39,234 nt of DNA from a virus (Duplodnaviria; Caudoviricetes), in the IMG/VR virus record IMGVR_UViG_3300018420_001673, positions 1-39,234 of that record. One strand, 5' to 3'. Shown here piece by piece: positions 11,701-19,272 of this stretch (within the stretch, counting starts at the first letter, position 1; each line of letters begins with the position of its first letter). Made by a program: the position numbers and the translations under genes. The notes under the pieces are model-generated. The model saw nothing but the letters and a program-made list of their open reading frames with translations. It was not told the DNA's origin and made no database searches.

Positions 11701-11851
11701 GGCAGTGCAACAAGATCCAAAACTAGCGATAACCCCAGAAACTATTGAGCGGTCTATGAAGGCTCATGCACGCACAACCACCAAGATGCACAATGGGGTG
11801 CTGTTATCCCCCGCAATGCGAGCGGCTGTAGAGGCTGAAGGGTTTTTCTAG
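5741..11851 (+). CDS. Large polyvalent/internal virion protein with zincin metallopeptidase (HEMTH...EEFVAE) and PLxRFG-like motif
   Basis: 2036 aa. HExxH at 8558-8572 with a downstream E..AE; YFPLTRKG near 9566-9589; N-terminal Gly/Ala hydrophobic helices; last gene of the virion operon. Confidence 0.8.
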   Translation: MRSYNILLADGTSETVQAPENATKEQLAEAINRQRDVSFRYSTSRKDRVAEREAKLDQLRAELSKARERSSEAQRGSFSRGLDIGTDLIAQATGSGLEGIGSILGLEGLEEYGAEVALENEADIQRKSRYQTKFDDIEGAGDFFSYLGGVAAESAPATAAGIAGGIAAAAAAPVLGVGAVVAGIAGATLANLPFFYGMNRERQKEAIDQGFRTEISEGAAFLTALPQALLDGIVDRLLVGGASKLGITEKALTGGGIFTRSTKGAGLGAVVEAPTEIGQQILERAQAGLPLDNEEALAEYREAGIAGGLLGGAIRGTTSAAGIGVDTTPAPTTTPTPDPDVGVEAADDTGGIASRFLDPEYVSSLELEGADRAATQLALEEILGRDPTAVEPTAVRPAETEPAEPTVVETVEAEPTVAEAIEPTEEEISRRMAAVTDETLAATTETEAAREATETGGVQEAVIEAAPEVETEAQPAPERPITAEDLKNFGIRKGSKAAGFVGQDLNNAEVRSDFKAAVGKLKNSLAIQDNIARTLENERQAQVTEVTEEPSGVSVSGDIQGAPESERDTYTTSVVESGRGAVGDVDDSAGRPVTGTGRSDPALIPASKIEMLEGMGFKINGRKGKKKKQEPKPQQVAGVEVPTVTELPNNELEFKFGDTGPVFRGKQKEGVIDIEGAPEITAFSKNEAVRKLQAKVAGTGLEAQAGRALAGQTELPAVETEEAVTPTKDVVEGVSTKREVALSKEDTGGEAVLSRKELMQEARAMGLSTAEAREYTDAVLAGIEGSNLDVGELYLLGRGVKGLDAPLPNNAVTALQAGDIKSALEAVAKSTSNKNIRQIARKLIPLVGTTRVRFARLQENLPENASEVDKFLSRRISELVGGEPIYGQYYPSTESILTQLPPDATIEQTRRLSLLVDEVENTVVLNQDTTEGMSVATLLHEMTHAATINTLAKPAHPVTAQLQTIYDSVKEQLQGLYGSESLEEFVAEAFSNPMFQQRLARINIKGEQISAFDRFKNAIRKLFRVPKKKDTKPVSKEVNALIEQILAPAPQYRGLGTISNSSSPREVAAIGEALKNRTAGAFSKTSRKVLANRIKGIFSGPQNPASVTAKRVVGGFLPNSSIGDWADSLGLDGATDVLEAIENQRGDLSRSEQVTRRKLLPILQWGNKATKEIRDRFNDIVYISTIEGVDPSKDLSAYTGKKLTIYKELRKEFNKLGPDGRRAYTNLRDFYKYQYDQLLKALEGRIDELEAPQEVKTNLKNELLGQLLRQAKEDPYFPLTRKGTYFLAVKDPKAQGNSAVFSFENNGDRNMAIDEFTEMGMDVEIFDPNDSTMYTGDSVPPAFVANVLRTLDAQVGALDPNQKIGYEAAREQITKLFIQSLPESSFAKGLQKRKKTEGYDKDALEAARTKGYDLARQASRIKNSAIIQSKLTSFLEKSKGGDTEVVREIRERAKFAMNPPKDNFAKNLNRMAFLWTIGFNASSALVNLSQIPLFAYPMLAGKYGYANTSAAIKDAGKLFVGTPLNQTQETLFGGTRNARSIREALKGRDKLKNVMEATQDKAQPSLENYYTVTESDGQLTYTVREDLDLPQEMRTELENLVPLVRLAARRGQLGSSFIAETLSVDTSGRDISRADFITNMSALMFHTAEVMNRQTTLVAAYKLALDKATKGKDLTESQLREAEQKAAADAVYETQQINGGANLETGPRFARSGIGRVALMYKNYGITMYYKMLKTAWEGTKAAYGGDTEAAKVAFKQLAGVHMSALLLAGVQGLPLYGAATMIYDMLVGDESEEDFETFVRRSLDNEMLYKGVLSEVTGLDVSKRVALTNLLFEADRFNSNPSPEESFMHFFGGPAWSVGSKAWESFEDLWRGEDMERAFEGMAPGAVRNAYRALRRYPRDEGILTRRGDPMYDDITGGQLFAQLLGFPPTEYMNNMEESSKAKRMNDAAANKRRRLLKRYYVAMRFGDFIEANNIRLEMAEFSGSRAVQQDPKLAITPETIERSMKAHARTTTKMHNGVLLSPAMRAAVEAEGFF
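7350..7550 (+). CDS. Possible overprinted 66-aa helical protein in the +1 frame of the polyvalent gene
   Basis: AGGA 9 nt upstream of ATG 7350. The product has amphipathic-helix patterning (LSLDEEQWEMLTIALDDLLLELEEATLH) while the host frame here is a disordered linker. Confidence 0.4.
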   Translation: MNDKPKLRKLQKSQVESAFRVIYKAHQSQKETPIPPALLSLDEEQWEMLTIALDDLLLELEEATLH

Positions 11852-11856
11852 GGTGA

Positions 11857-11955
11857 CCCACCCCCTCGGTGGGAAGAGGGTGGGCCGGTTTTGGAGAACC
11901 ACAGCGTTCCGCTGCACCCCTATGGTATCACGTAGTTCTCCAGAATCTCACACCC
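11857..11955. terminator. Structured junction between the convergent late and early operons (possible terminator or processing site)
   Basis: CCCACC/GGTGGG hairpins at 11857-11884 and an imperfect inverted repeat 11889-11902/11932-11945; no clean U-tract. Confidence 0.45.
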
Positions 11956-12191
11956 AATTTGTTATCCTCAGTTCGGACTCGGTGCTCAAAAGTCCACCCT
12001 TTAGACTCCATAATTTGTTTTGCTTGAAGGTATGCGGCTTGCGTGTCGATACAGGGAATGAAAACAGACATCCCTACTAACATCTTACTCCAGTACACCA
12101 CTACTCTTACCCCGTCCGGGCAGAGATCATCAGCAAGTATTACTTCTTCGCTGACGTTTTGTTTGACTCTACTATCTCTAATGACCGCCAA
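11928..12191 (-). CDS. Small phage protein of the M.VG.S...WR type (start uncertain)
   Basis: KMLVGMSVFIP...GVRFWRTT shares its pattern with the ORFs at 21777 and 23047. Confidence 0.7.
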   Translation of the reverse strand: MAVIRDSRVKQNVSEEVILADDLCPDGVRVVVYWSKMLVGMSVFIPCIDTQAAYLQAKQIMESKGWTFEHRVRTEDNKLGVRFWRTT

Positions 12192-12313
12192 TCCTTGCCC
12201 ATGTGCTTACGAGCCTCGTCTGTAGCCTTGCTTTTAGCTTCCTCTAAACAGCTAGCCTCGACTGCAAAATGCTTAACTGTCGTTAAGTAAAGCTCAAGCT
12301 CATACCTCTTCAT
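12140..12313 (-). CDS. 57-aa hypothetical protein missing from the ORF track (MKRYELELYLTTVKHFAVEASCLEEAKSKA...)
   Basis: GGAG RBS, ATG overlapping the end of the primase gene, fills the gap in the operon, VEA...EEA..KA pattern common in small phage proteins. Confidence 0.7.
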   Translation of the reverse strand: MKRYELELYLTTVKHFAVEASCLEEAKSKATDEARKHMGKDWRSLEIVESNKTSAKK

Positions 12314-15122
12314 CCGTATCTCCTTGTGGTAGTTGTACAGAGCAGTCTACGACTATAACGTCAGTAGGTGGCAGTCGTAAGTGTGTGCCTTTACTCAACC
12401 GCATCTTTGACTTCTTAGCACTCATCTTAGACTTCAAGTCTTGGACGAAAGATGCATAGTTTACTTGGTGTTTACCACACCATTCCCGCAACGGTTTCGG
12501 CACAAGATAGGCTCGTTTAACGTCTGTCTCGTACCTAGCCACAAGCCTAGCGCGTGGATTCAAGTCAGGTATTACAAGCTCATCCAACCCATTCTTGTTG
12601 GTTTTTCGTAGGTCATCCGTGCTCTTAATCCACAGTACGTTGCCGTAGTGGTCGTTTAAGTAGTCGTTAAGCACCTGCTCTGCAGAGCTACTCATATCAG
12701 CAACACTCCTTTTGTTGTCTTCAAGTACGCCAAGTATCCATTTGTACACCTTCTTTGTGCTGTAGGGTAATAGTCCCATCTTCCTGCAGAGCACTAGCGC
12801 AGTGAGCGTACATGCTGCACCGGCAGACCAAAACCTATTCTCAGCAGCCAAACCAGCCTCAGAGTCCACCTTCAACTGCGTGGCTTTTAGTAACGCTTTA
12901 ACGTCGTCTAAGTTGTTTATGACGTACTGCACAAACGGTACACCTGCATGGCCGTAGTTGTTCTGTAGAGCTAGGGCAAACGCATCGGTGGCTTCTTTAG
13001 TGTTTGCGCTCTTGTAATGCTTGCTGACTTTGTACTCAAGTATGCGCTGTGCTTCTGCTTTCGGCGCTTGTTTGTCCATCATTATCTTTTCTATCAGGCT
13101 GGTGTTTGCGCTGGATACAGTCATAAAACTCCACGCATACCCATTGAAACGCTCTATGTTCGCACTGCTAGTCAACCTACGCCGCTGCTTACCGCCGTAT
13201 AGCTGGTATGCCATATCACTAAGCTCGCTAGGCGACATATTTGTAACCTCGTCCATAAAGAACGGTAGGTTGTGGTATATCTCAGCCCTATTCATCTTGG
13301 CTAAGTATTTGTCTTCTTTGCTCAGTATAAGTTCTTCTGGATTACCCCACACACCTAGCCCTGCAAACTGTGCGGTTGTTTTACCAAGCCCAGAATCATC
13401 GCTATGTAGGTGGAGCATAGAGCAGGACACAGGCATGAGTTTCATCAATATAGAACCAAATGCCGCACCTAAGACGTACTGATACGCCTCCTGCCCGTCT
13501 TGATCTAAGAAGGCTATTGTTTCTTTCCAATCCTCTAGCGTGCCCTTAGATTCAAATGCAGGGAACATGGCAATGGTGTTTGACGCGGGTGGGTTGAAGT
13601 CTATGCGATCACCAAATATCTCTTGGTTGCCTAGCACAAATGACTTCATATCATCATCTGTCCAACCAAACTGTCGGTGAGCAGTTTCTGCAACAGACTT
13701 AGCCTGTAGCTCGTTCACCCACGTAGTCGTGTAGTCCATAAGCTCATCCATCCTCTTTATGGCTACGCCTTGAGCACTCATGTTTTTACGGAACTCTTCC
13801 CGTGAAGTAACAGCAGTCAAGGGTAGCGTAAATTCACGCATACCATCTTTCGGTAAGTGTAGGCACATAACGACTGACTCACCAAGTTCGGGGTCATGTA
13901 CGCGCTTAACCACGTATATGTCATTGTGGTAAATAAGTTTATCTTCTGGCTCACCGTCTGGGCCGTTCGCCCTTACATATATACCGCCATTTGCCCCACG
14001 GAAGTACGGTCTCGGGTACTCAGGTATCACATACGTTTTAGTGGGTGCGTTTGGTAGTGAGGCAGATACTGTCTCTACTACGTTGTCCTCATCAGTCGCT
14101 TCAATTATGTGTCGGCCTAACACTATGGGGGACTTTATCTTGCCCCAGTACGGACACTTTCGGCATACCTTTGGGTTGAACTCATCAAACTTAACGCACT
14201 GGTACGGGCCTTTTATCAAGTCCATTTTGTACGCTGTGTCTTCTGGTGTGTAGCCTTCGTGCCCCCTAGATATAAAGTGTGCCGCCTTTTCTGAGTCTGA
14301 GCAGAATTTGGCTATGGATAGCCCTGCTCTCCACATAGGCTCCGAGCAGTTCTCTTGGTCGTTGATGATTGTTTCTAACTGCTTACAGCCAGAACCCAGC
14401 TTTATCTTGTTTACTATTGTCCCAAACTTGTTTTCACTGTTGCCCATCAACGCTTGCATAACAGCGTTAGCTCCACTACGCGCATTGCGTTGGGGTACAG
14501 GCAGTGGGTTCTTGCCCAGCAGTTCTGCGAACTCATCAAAGTCTACAAGCGGCGGGGGTTCCACCCCATACATGACCACTCCACTAGGCGGGTCAGTCTT
14601 GTGGTTGTGTGTATTGACTACACGCAGGACTCTCGCTGCATCGGCAGTAACAGCGGGGTCTGCTAGAAAGTTACGTTGTGCGCACTGCGCCTTCAACTGC
14701 TCTGCTACAGGTAGCCAATCGTCTGTGGGGACTGCCTCCTGTAAAGCCCAGTAGACGTGTATCCCACGCCCTGAGTTAATCATTAGAGGTTTGGGCAGCT
14801 TAAGTTCTTTAGAAAACCTACGTAGTTCGGCTACTGCCTCTTCTTGTGTTGCGAAATCTTTACTAGGGCCACAGTCTAAATCCAAGAAGAACGCCTTGAA
14901 CGCTAGCGTATTATCTACACGACGCGATCCAGCTTCAGAAAACGTAGCTAGCGCGAAGTAAACATCGTACCCCTGCGCGTCAAGGTGATTAGCGGTGTCC
15001 ACCACGTCATCTAGCGACGTGAAGAACATCTGTTTCCTTTGGTCGTTTGCTAGGTGGTTAGCGAATACACAGTAGTTACCTGTATCACTGAGCACCCTGC
15101 TTAAAAATTGCTTGGTGTGCAT
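12300..15122 (-). CDS. Primase-helicase: N-terminal primase-like domain plus DUF927/P-loop ATPase domain
   Basis: DLDCG, NSGRGIHVYW and DAARVLRV motifs; Cys cluster; Walker A SGLGKTT and Walker B FFMDE. Confidence 0.85.
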   Translation of the reverse strand: MHTKQFLSRVLSDTGNYCVFANHLANDQRKQMFFTSLDDVVDTANHLDAQGYDVYFALATFSEAGSRRVDNTLAFKAFFLDLDCGPSKDFATQEEAVAELRRFSKELKLPKPLMINSGRGIHVYWALQEAVPTDDWLPVAEQLKAQCAQRNFLADPAVTADAARVLRVVNTHNHKTDPPSGVVMYGVEPPPLVDFDEFAELLGKNPLPVPQRNARSGANAVMQALMGNSENKFGTIVNKIKLGSGCKQLETIINDQENCSEPMWRAGLSIAKFCSDSEKAAHFISRGHEGYTPEDTAYKMDLIKGPYQCVKFDEFNPKVCRKCPYWGKIKSPIVLGRHIIEATDEDNVVETVSASLPNAPTKTYVIPEYPRPYFRGANGGIYVRANGPDGEPEDKLIYHNDIYVVKRVHDPELGESVVMCLHLPKDGMREFTLPLTAVTSREEFRKNMSAQGVAIKRMDELMDYTTTWVNELQAKSVAETAHRQFGWTDDDMKSFVLGNQEIFGDRIDFNPPASNTIAMFPAFESKGTLEDWKETIAFLDQDGQEAYQYVLGAAFGSILMKLMPVSCSMLHLHSDDSGLGKTTAQFAGLGVWGNPEELILSKEDKYLAKMNRAEIYHNLPFFMDEVTNMSPSELSDMAYQLYGGKQRRRLTSSANIERFNGYAWSFMTVSSANTSLIEKIMMDKQAPKAEAQRILEYKVSKHYKSANTKEATDAFALALQNNYGHAGVPFVQYVINNLDDVKALLKATQLKVDSEAGLAAENRFWSAGAACTLTALVLCRKMGLLPYSTKKVYKWILGVLEDNKRSVADMSSSAEQVLNDYLNDHYGNVLWIKSTDDLRKTNKNGLDELVIPDLNPRARLVARYETDVKRAYLVPKPLREWCGKHQVNYASFVQDLKSKMSAKKSKMRLSKGTHLRLPPTDVIVVDCSVQLPQGDTDEEV

Positions 15123-15130
15123 GACTATTA

Positions 15131-15208
15131 CTCATAACCGAAAGACACCGTGGCAGGGGTGTCGGTACACCCTTTTCGATTACTCTAGCCACGATGGTAG
15201 TTATGGAG
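15131..15208 (-). ncRNA. Structured, probably pseudoknotted leader upstream of the primase-helicase
   Basis: Stems CAUAAC/GUUAUG, CAUCGUGGC/GCCACGGUG and GGGUGU/ACACCC plus CGAAA/UUUCG cross-pairing; the G-U pair favours the minus strand. Confidence 0.6.
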
Positions 15209-15210
15209 CT

Positions 15211-15933
15211 TTAGTCGTCCCACTCATCAATCACAGCGGTGACCGCCTCTTTCTCTTCCTTTGGAGCTGCGGACTTCTTCACCATTTTCTTAGGTTCTTT
15301 TACTGGAACATCTTCTTCCCACTCGTCTTCTGCGGGAGTAGCAGCTACAGGTTCTGGTGTTGCCTCGACAGCGAATGCACCACCATCACCACCTTCAACG
15401 GTGAATCCTTCCTCCTCCTCAAACGGATCTCTAGCCTGCATGGGCACATACTTAAGCACCTGCACTGCTCTTGGTCGGAGCTTGACCCCTGCTGTACCGT
15501 CTACGAAGTATGGGTGCAGAGAGACCTGCACGTTGATCGTGCTGCCGCTGGTCAGCATAAACCCGCTAGGCAATGGCGTTCTCTTTGCGTCTACCTGTGA
15601 TGGCGGTCTGCTAGCCTCACCGTTGTAGGCACCCTCAGTTCTGGATTTGTGTGTCCAGTTACCGTTTTCATCTTTCTTGAAAGGGCGCTCAAACGTCTCA
15701 GGCCAACTGCTGTTGCCATCAGCGCGTTTAGTTTCATACGCATCTTTCATAGCAGACCACAGACCTTTAGCCTGATCGGTGCTCATAATAAAGCTAAGCG
15801 AGAACTCTGCGCCTTTCTCTGTAGCTTCGCACGGTACGCTTTTGTTTTTAGCGTTGTCCCATCGGTAGGTCTTGTCGATCCTTGGGTATAACGCTTCCAC
15901 GCCTTTCAACAAGTGTGTTGCTGTATCAGCCAT
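15211..15933 (-). CDS. Single-stranded DNA-binding protein (T7 gp2.5/DUF2815-like)
   Basis: SGS.INV..S..PY....GVKLRPRAVQVLKY pattern, acidic C-terminal tail ending DEWDD, replication context. Confidence 0.7.
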   Translation of the reverse strand: MADTATHLLKGVEALYPRIDKTYRWDNAKNKSVPCEATEKGAEFSLSFIMSTDQAKGLWSAMKDAYETKRADGNSSWPETFERPFKKDENGNWTHKSRTEGAYNGEASRPPSQVDAKRTPLPSGFMLTSGSTINVQVSLHPYFVDGTAGVKLRPRAVQVLKYVPMQARDPFEEEEGFTVEGGDGGAFAVEATPEPVAATPAEDEWEEDVPVKEPKKMVKKSAAPKEEKEAVTAVIDEWDD

Positions 15934-15959
15934 TTTTATGTTCTCCTAAACATCTATGT

Positions 15960-16637
15960 TTATGCTATTTCACTCACAGTAAACCCCTCCACCTCATCGA
16001 ATGGCGATGCTGCACTACTCCACACTGGCGGGGCACTGAAGGTAATCGCTTTCAATGTATCGGGGTGTTTCTCAAGCTCCATAGCAATCTTAAGTTCGGC
16101 CTCGTCTAACACCCGCATGGGTCTAAAACGTAGCCTTGGTGCGTAACTTGTCTGCTCAAAACAGATCCTAGTCACGACGGTTGTAGCAGAGGTGTCGTGC
16201 TTAACTAGGTGCTTCACGTAGTTTTGCATTGACATCCAGCCGCGCTCAGCTTCACCAAACAAACTTGTTGCTGGTAGTTGTAGCTGAAACACGTCATATA
16301 GATTGTCCTCTACAATAGTTACGGCGATCCTCTGTAAGAACTTACAAGCTCTTGAACCGCCTCCTCCTGATCCCCGTATGTTCTGTTCACAATCTATGCA
16401 GCGCGTTGACTGCCTAGTTTCTGCTGGAACATCTGGGTCAGGTGCCTGTGTGTTTGATGACCAGCAACTAGGGCTAGCTGCACGGTTAGGGTCATAGCTC
16501 CCTGCGTAAAACATACGTGACATACCTGCGGCATTTACAATCACGACATCTAAAACATCAGAGTCTATTTGTACCTCTTTACCGTCTACTACCTTACGAA
16601 ACTTACCGTCCCGTATGCTGATCTTCTTGAAACTCAT
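15960..16637 (-). CDS. Conserved phage replication protein with Cys motif (CW...CxxC...C), possibly a second SSB or annealing protein
   Basis: 225 aa, four Cys in a likely Zn site, acidic/aromatic tail (PFDEVEGF), next to the SSB gene. Confidence 0.5.
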   Translation of the reverse strand: MSFKKISIRDGKFRKVVDGKEVQIDSDVLDVVIVNAAGMSRMFYAGSYDPNRAASPSCWSSNTQAPDPDVPAETRQSTRCIDCEQNIRGSGGGGSRACKFLQRIAVTIVEDNLYDVFQLQLPATSLFGEAERGWMSMQNYVKHLVKHDTSATTVVTRICFEQTSYAPRLRFRPMRVLDEAELKIAMELEKHPDTLKAITFSAPPVWSSAASPFDEVEGFTVSEIA

Positions 16638-16638
16638 A

Positions 16639-16914
16639 CTACAGGTCTTCGTCCAAATCCCCTACCGCTTCGACACGCTCGCTGACTTCTTCAATAGGTT
16701 CTTCGTTTTCTACGGGGGTGTTTACTGCGTTCAAGTCTGTATGCATGAGAGCAAAAACCACACGGTTAAGGTCAAAACGATACGTCTTACCTACGTGTAT
16801 GTACGTATTTTCTGGTATGAGGTTAGCTCGTAGCCATGAACGCACGGTGCTCACAGACACTTTTAGCTGCTTTGCTACCTCGTCAATGTCCACTAGGTTT
16901 ACTTGCTCGGTCAC
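16639..16914 (-). CDS. Helix-turn-helix DNA-binding protein (excisionase/HTH_17-like)
   Basis: IDEVAKQLKVSVSTVRSW...IHVGKTYRF pattern. Confidence 0.85.
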   Translation of the reverse strand: MTEQVNLVDIDEVAKQLKVSVSTVRSWLRANLIPENTYIHVGKTYRFDLNRVVFALMHTDLNAVNTPVENEEPIEEVSERVEAVGDLDEDL

Positions 16915-17312
16915 TTCTTTTTCCTTACGTTGATTGTGTACTCAGTATTAGCATTCAAACCTTTGGGTAGTTTCTCAGGGTTCTCCTCCAACCATTCTTT
17001 AATAGCTTTTTGGTGAAGCCGCTGCTGTAGGAACTCTGGCACTTGTTCTTCTATAATGAACTCACGCATCTCTTCCCAGTTATTAGTCTGGTACACGGTC
17101 TTGGTGGTTTTATAAAAGGTGCCTGTGTCGGTTGACACGTTCTTAGCTTTGGTCGCGTCAAGATGCTTCATCATTTCGTCTTTGATGAGATCCTGCTGTT
17201 CACTGAGTTTGCTGTCTTCTTTATCAAAATCAGACTTAAGCTCAGCACGCTTGTCCCTGATCTTCAGATAAACCTTTATCAGCTTATCTGTGTCCACGCT
17301 GTTTGATTGCAT
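16911..17312 (-). CDS. Hypothetical protein with N-terminal coiled coil
   Basis: 133-aa ORF, GGAGAACC RBS, in the operon. Confidence 0.8.
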   Translation of the reverse strand: MQSNSVDTDKLIKVYLKIRDKRAELKSDFDKEDSKLSEQQDLIKDEMMKHLDATKAKNVSTDTGTFYKTTKTVYQTNNWEEMREFIIEEQVPEFLQQRLHQKAIKEWLEENPEKLPKGLNANTEYTINVRKKK

Positions 17313-17339
17313 TTAGGTTCTCCAATTACCTAGCAGTAC

Positions 17340-17368
17340 ACTTTAATGGTAAGCAACTATCTAATCAA
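17340..17368 (-). promoter_or_regulatory. Candidate internal sigma70 promoter TTGATT-N17-TAAAGT
   Basis: Lies at the short intergenic gap upstream of the HTH/SSB/primase block. Confidence 0.45.
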
Positions 17369-18896
17369 GTATTTCCTTGTATAAATCTATTATCTTTGTG
17401 TGATCGTTGATTCTATTATCTAATAGTGAGTACACACGTTTCTCTGCGAAGGAGCCTTGCAACTGTACCACCGTACATTTGTGATCCTGCCCAGAGCGAT
17501 GCACGCGAGCATTAGCTTGCGCGTAGGTTTCTAACGAGCTTGTCGGCCCCCACCATACCACTGTATTCGCCGCAGTCAGTGTAACTCCGTGGGCTGCTGC
17601 AGCGGGTTGAATTACCAACACCTGTGGCGAGGCGCTGGTTTGAAATCGTTTGAATATGTCTGTGCGCTTAGCGGCTCCCACATCTCCTCTAATAATCTCA
17701 GTGGGTATACCGTCGTTTATAAGTTTATCCGCCAGTATGTCTATGACGTGCTTAAACGGCACGAATACCAAGACCTTCTTAGTTGATTCGTCTATCACTT
17801 CACGAAGAACTTTATAGCGATGTTTGATGTCAAACTCTAAAGAGTCACCGTCATCTGTGTACACTGCACCGCTTGAGATTTGCAGTAACTTATTCATGTT
17901 CACGGCGGCGTTGGCTGCGGTTATTTGCTCCCCAGCGGCCTGCATGACCATAGTATCTTTAAGTTGCTTGTAGTATTTCTTCTGCTGCCTAGTCATCTCA
18001 ACCGTGCGTTTGACGTACACCATGTCTGGTAGGTCAAGGCACTCTTCTTTTGTAAACCTAATCGCTGGCTGCAGTGCTTTGAATACGGTGTCTGTAGCGT
18101 TCTCCTTGGGCACCCACTTAAAGTTAGTGACCTTCTGCATCACCATGTCACGGAAAGAACTAAAGAATCTAGGTACAGCGCTAGGGTTTACTAGCTTTGC
18201 TAGCCCAAACGCATCGACGGGGCTTTGCGCTGCTGGCGTGCCCGTCATCATCCACAACCACATGTGCGGAGCTAACAACGCATTCAACGTCTTCCAACGT
18301 CTAGTCTGTGGGTTCTTATAGTGTGTAGCTTCGTCCACTATGATTAGATCGAAGCCCCCAGCGGCTATGGCATCAGCCACTATCTCAACACCGTCGTAAT
18401 TAATAATCACGAACTCGGCACCGCTTTCTATTATCTTTCGGCGCTTAGGTGCAGCACCGTAGGCTATGTCTGCACTTCTGTGCATGGCGAAGGTGAACAG
18501 ATCATCCATCCACGCTGACTCCATGATGGACAGGGGGCATATCACGAGTACACGCGAGACGTACCCTTTGCTCATCAAGTAGTCAGCGGCCCATATAGCA
18601 CTTGCTGTCTTGCCAGTGCCTTGCTCGTTAAAGCAGAACGCTCTTTTGTTCAAAGTGAAGAACTCAGAAGTAGTCCTCTGGTGCTTCATCGGTGCGTGCT
18701 TTCCCGTCCAATCGTATCGTGTACGTATCGGGGAAGGTACGTTTATATTTAAGTTCTTTAGAACGTGAGCTTCTTCCAGCCCCCAGTTCACAATTACTTT
18801 GTTGTCTTGAAGCTCTTTGCTCTTAGGTATAACGCTCGTAACTTTTTTAGGGTCACGCAACCTAAGCAACAAGGCTTTGTTATCCACAACCTTCAT
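17361..18896 (-). CDS. SNF2-family (SF2) helicase
   Basis: QGTGKT, DEATH, MTGTP and QANARVHRSGQ motifs; start moved to ATG 18896, which follows GGAGAAC. Confidence 0.92.
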   Translation of the reverse strand: MKVVDNKALLLRLRDPKKVTSVIPKSKELQDNKVIVNWGLEEAHVLKNLNINVPSPIRTRYDWTGKHAPMKHQRTTSEFFTLNKRAFCFNEQGTGKTASAIWAADYLMSKGYVSRVLVICPLSIMESAWMDDLFTFAMHRSADIAYGAAPKRRKIIESGAEFVIINYDGVEIVADAIAAGGFDLIIVDEATHYKNPQTRRWKTLNALLAPHMWLWMMTGTPAAQSPVDAFGLAKLVNPSAVPRFFSSFRDMVMQKVTNFKWVPKENATDTVFKALQPAIRFTKEECLDLPDMVYVKRTVEMTRQQKKYYKQLKDTMVMQAAGEQITAANAAVNMNKLLQISSGAVYTDDGDSLEFDIKHRYKVLREVIDESTKKVLVFVPFKHVIDILADKLINDGIPTEIIRGDVGAAKRTDIFKRFQTSASPQVLVIQPAAAAHGVTLTAANTVVWWGPTSSLETYAQANARVHRSGQDHKCTVVQLQGSFAEKRVYSLLDNRINDHTKIIDLYKEILD

Positions 18897-18906
18897 GCTG
18901 TTCTCC

Positions 18907-19005
18907 AAATGCCGCCTTTAGCACCCACGGACGGCGCGTGGTATCAACCCTTCTGATTCCGCAATGCGTGGACTTGCTTTCCAAGCGAATCAGAAGGACG
19001 TGCTA
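18907..19005 (-). ncRNA. Pseudoknotted RNA motif, copy A (helicase leader)
   Basis: UAGCAC/GUGCUA, an 11-bp stem CCUUCUGAUUC/GAAUCAGAAGG, CCACG/CGUGG, and loop GCCGUC pairing with downstream GGCGGC. Confidence 0.7.
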
Positions 19006-19272
19006 TCTCTTTTTACTGTGTCCGTTTCTACTACGGTTCTTGCTTCGGCTTTCTACCTTGTAGCCATCTTTGTTGGTACCACCTCTACTCAACATTTTGT
19101 TATGGCTAACGTCTTTGCCTTCGCGTTTATCTGCTTTGCCGTTCTTATTGGCATCGCGTCCTGTCTTATCCATTGCTCGGCGTGCGCGTTGTCGCTCCAT
19201 ACGATCCGCGTGCTCACCCCTTGCCACCTGCTGACGATACTCTTTTTTGTAATCTCGTTGTCGTCTACGCAT
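19003..19272 (-). CDS. Small basic HNH-endonuclease-like protein
   Basis: RDYKKEY...GKDVSH....SRGGTN...NRSRN; TGATG coupling at 19272. Confidence 0.65.
   Translation of the reverse strand: MRRRQRDYKKEYRQQVARGEHADRMERQRARRAMDKTGRDANKNGKADKREGKDVSHNKMLSRGGTNKDGYKVESRSKNRSRNGHSKKR

Noticed and set aside
16639-16914. Evidence of an integrated prophage
   Set aside because: An excisionase-like HTH alone is insufficient; there is no integrase, att site or host flank in the window.
18907-19005. HDV-like/theta or pistol ribozyme, or SAM-II or guanidine-III riboswitch
   Set aside because: Helix order and conserved core nucleotides did not match by eye; left unassigned pending a covariance search.
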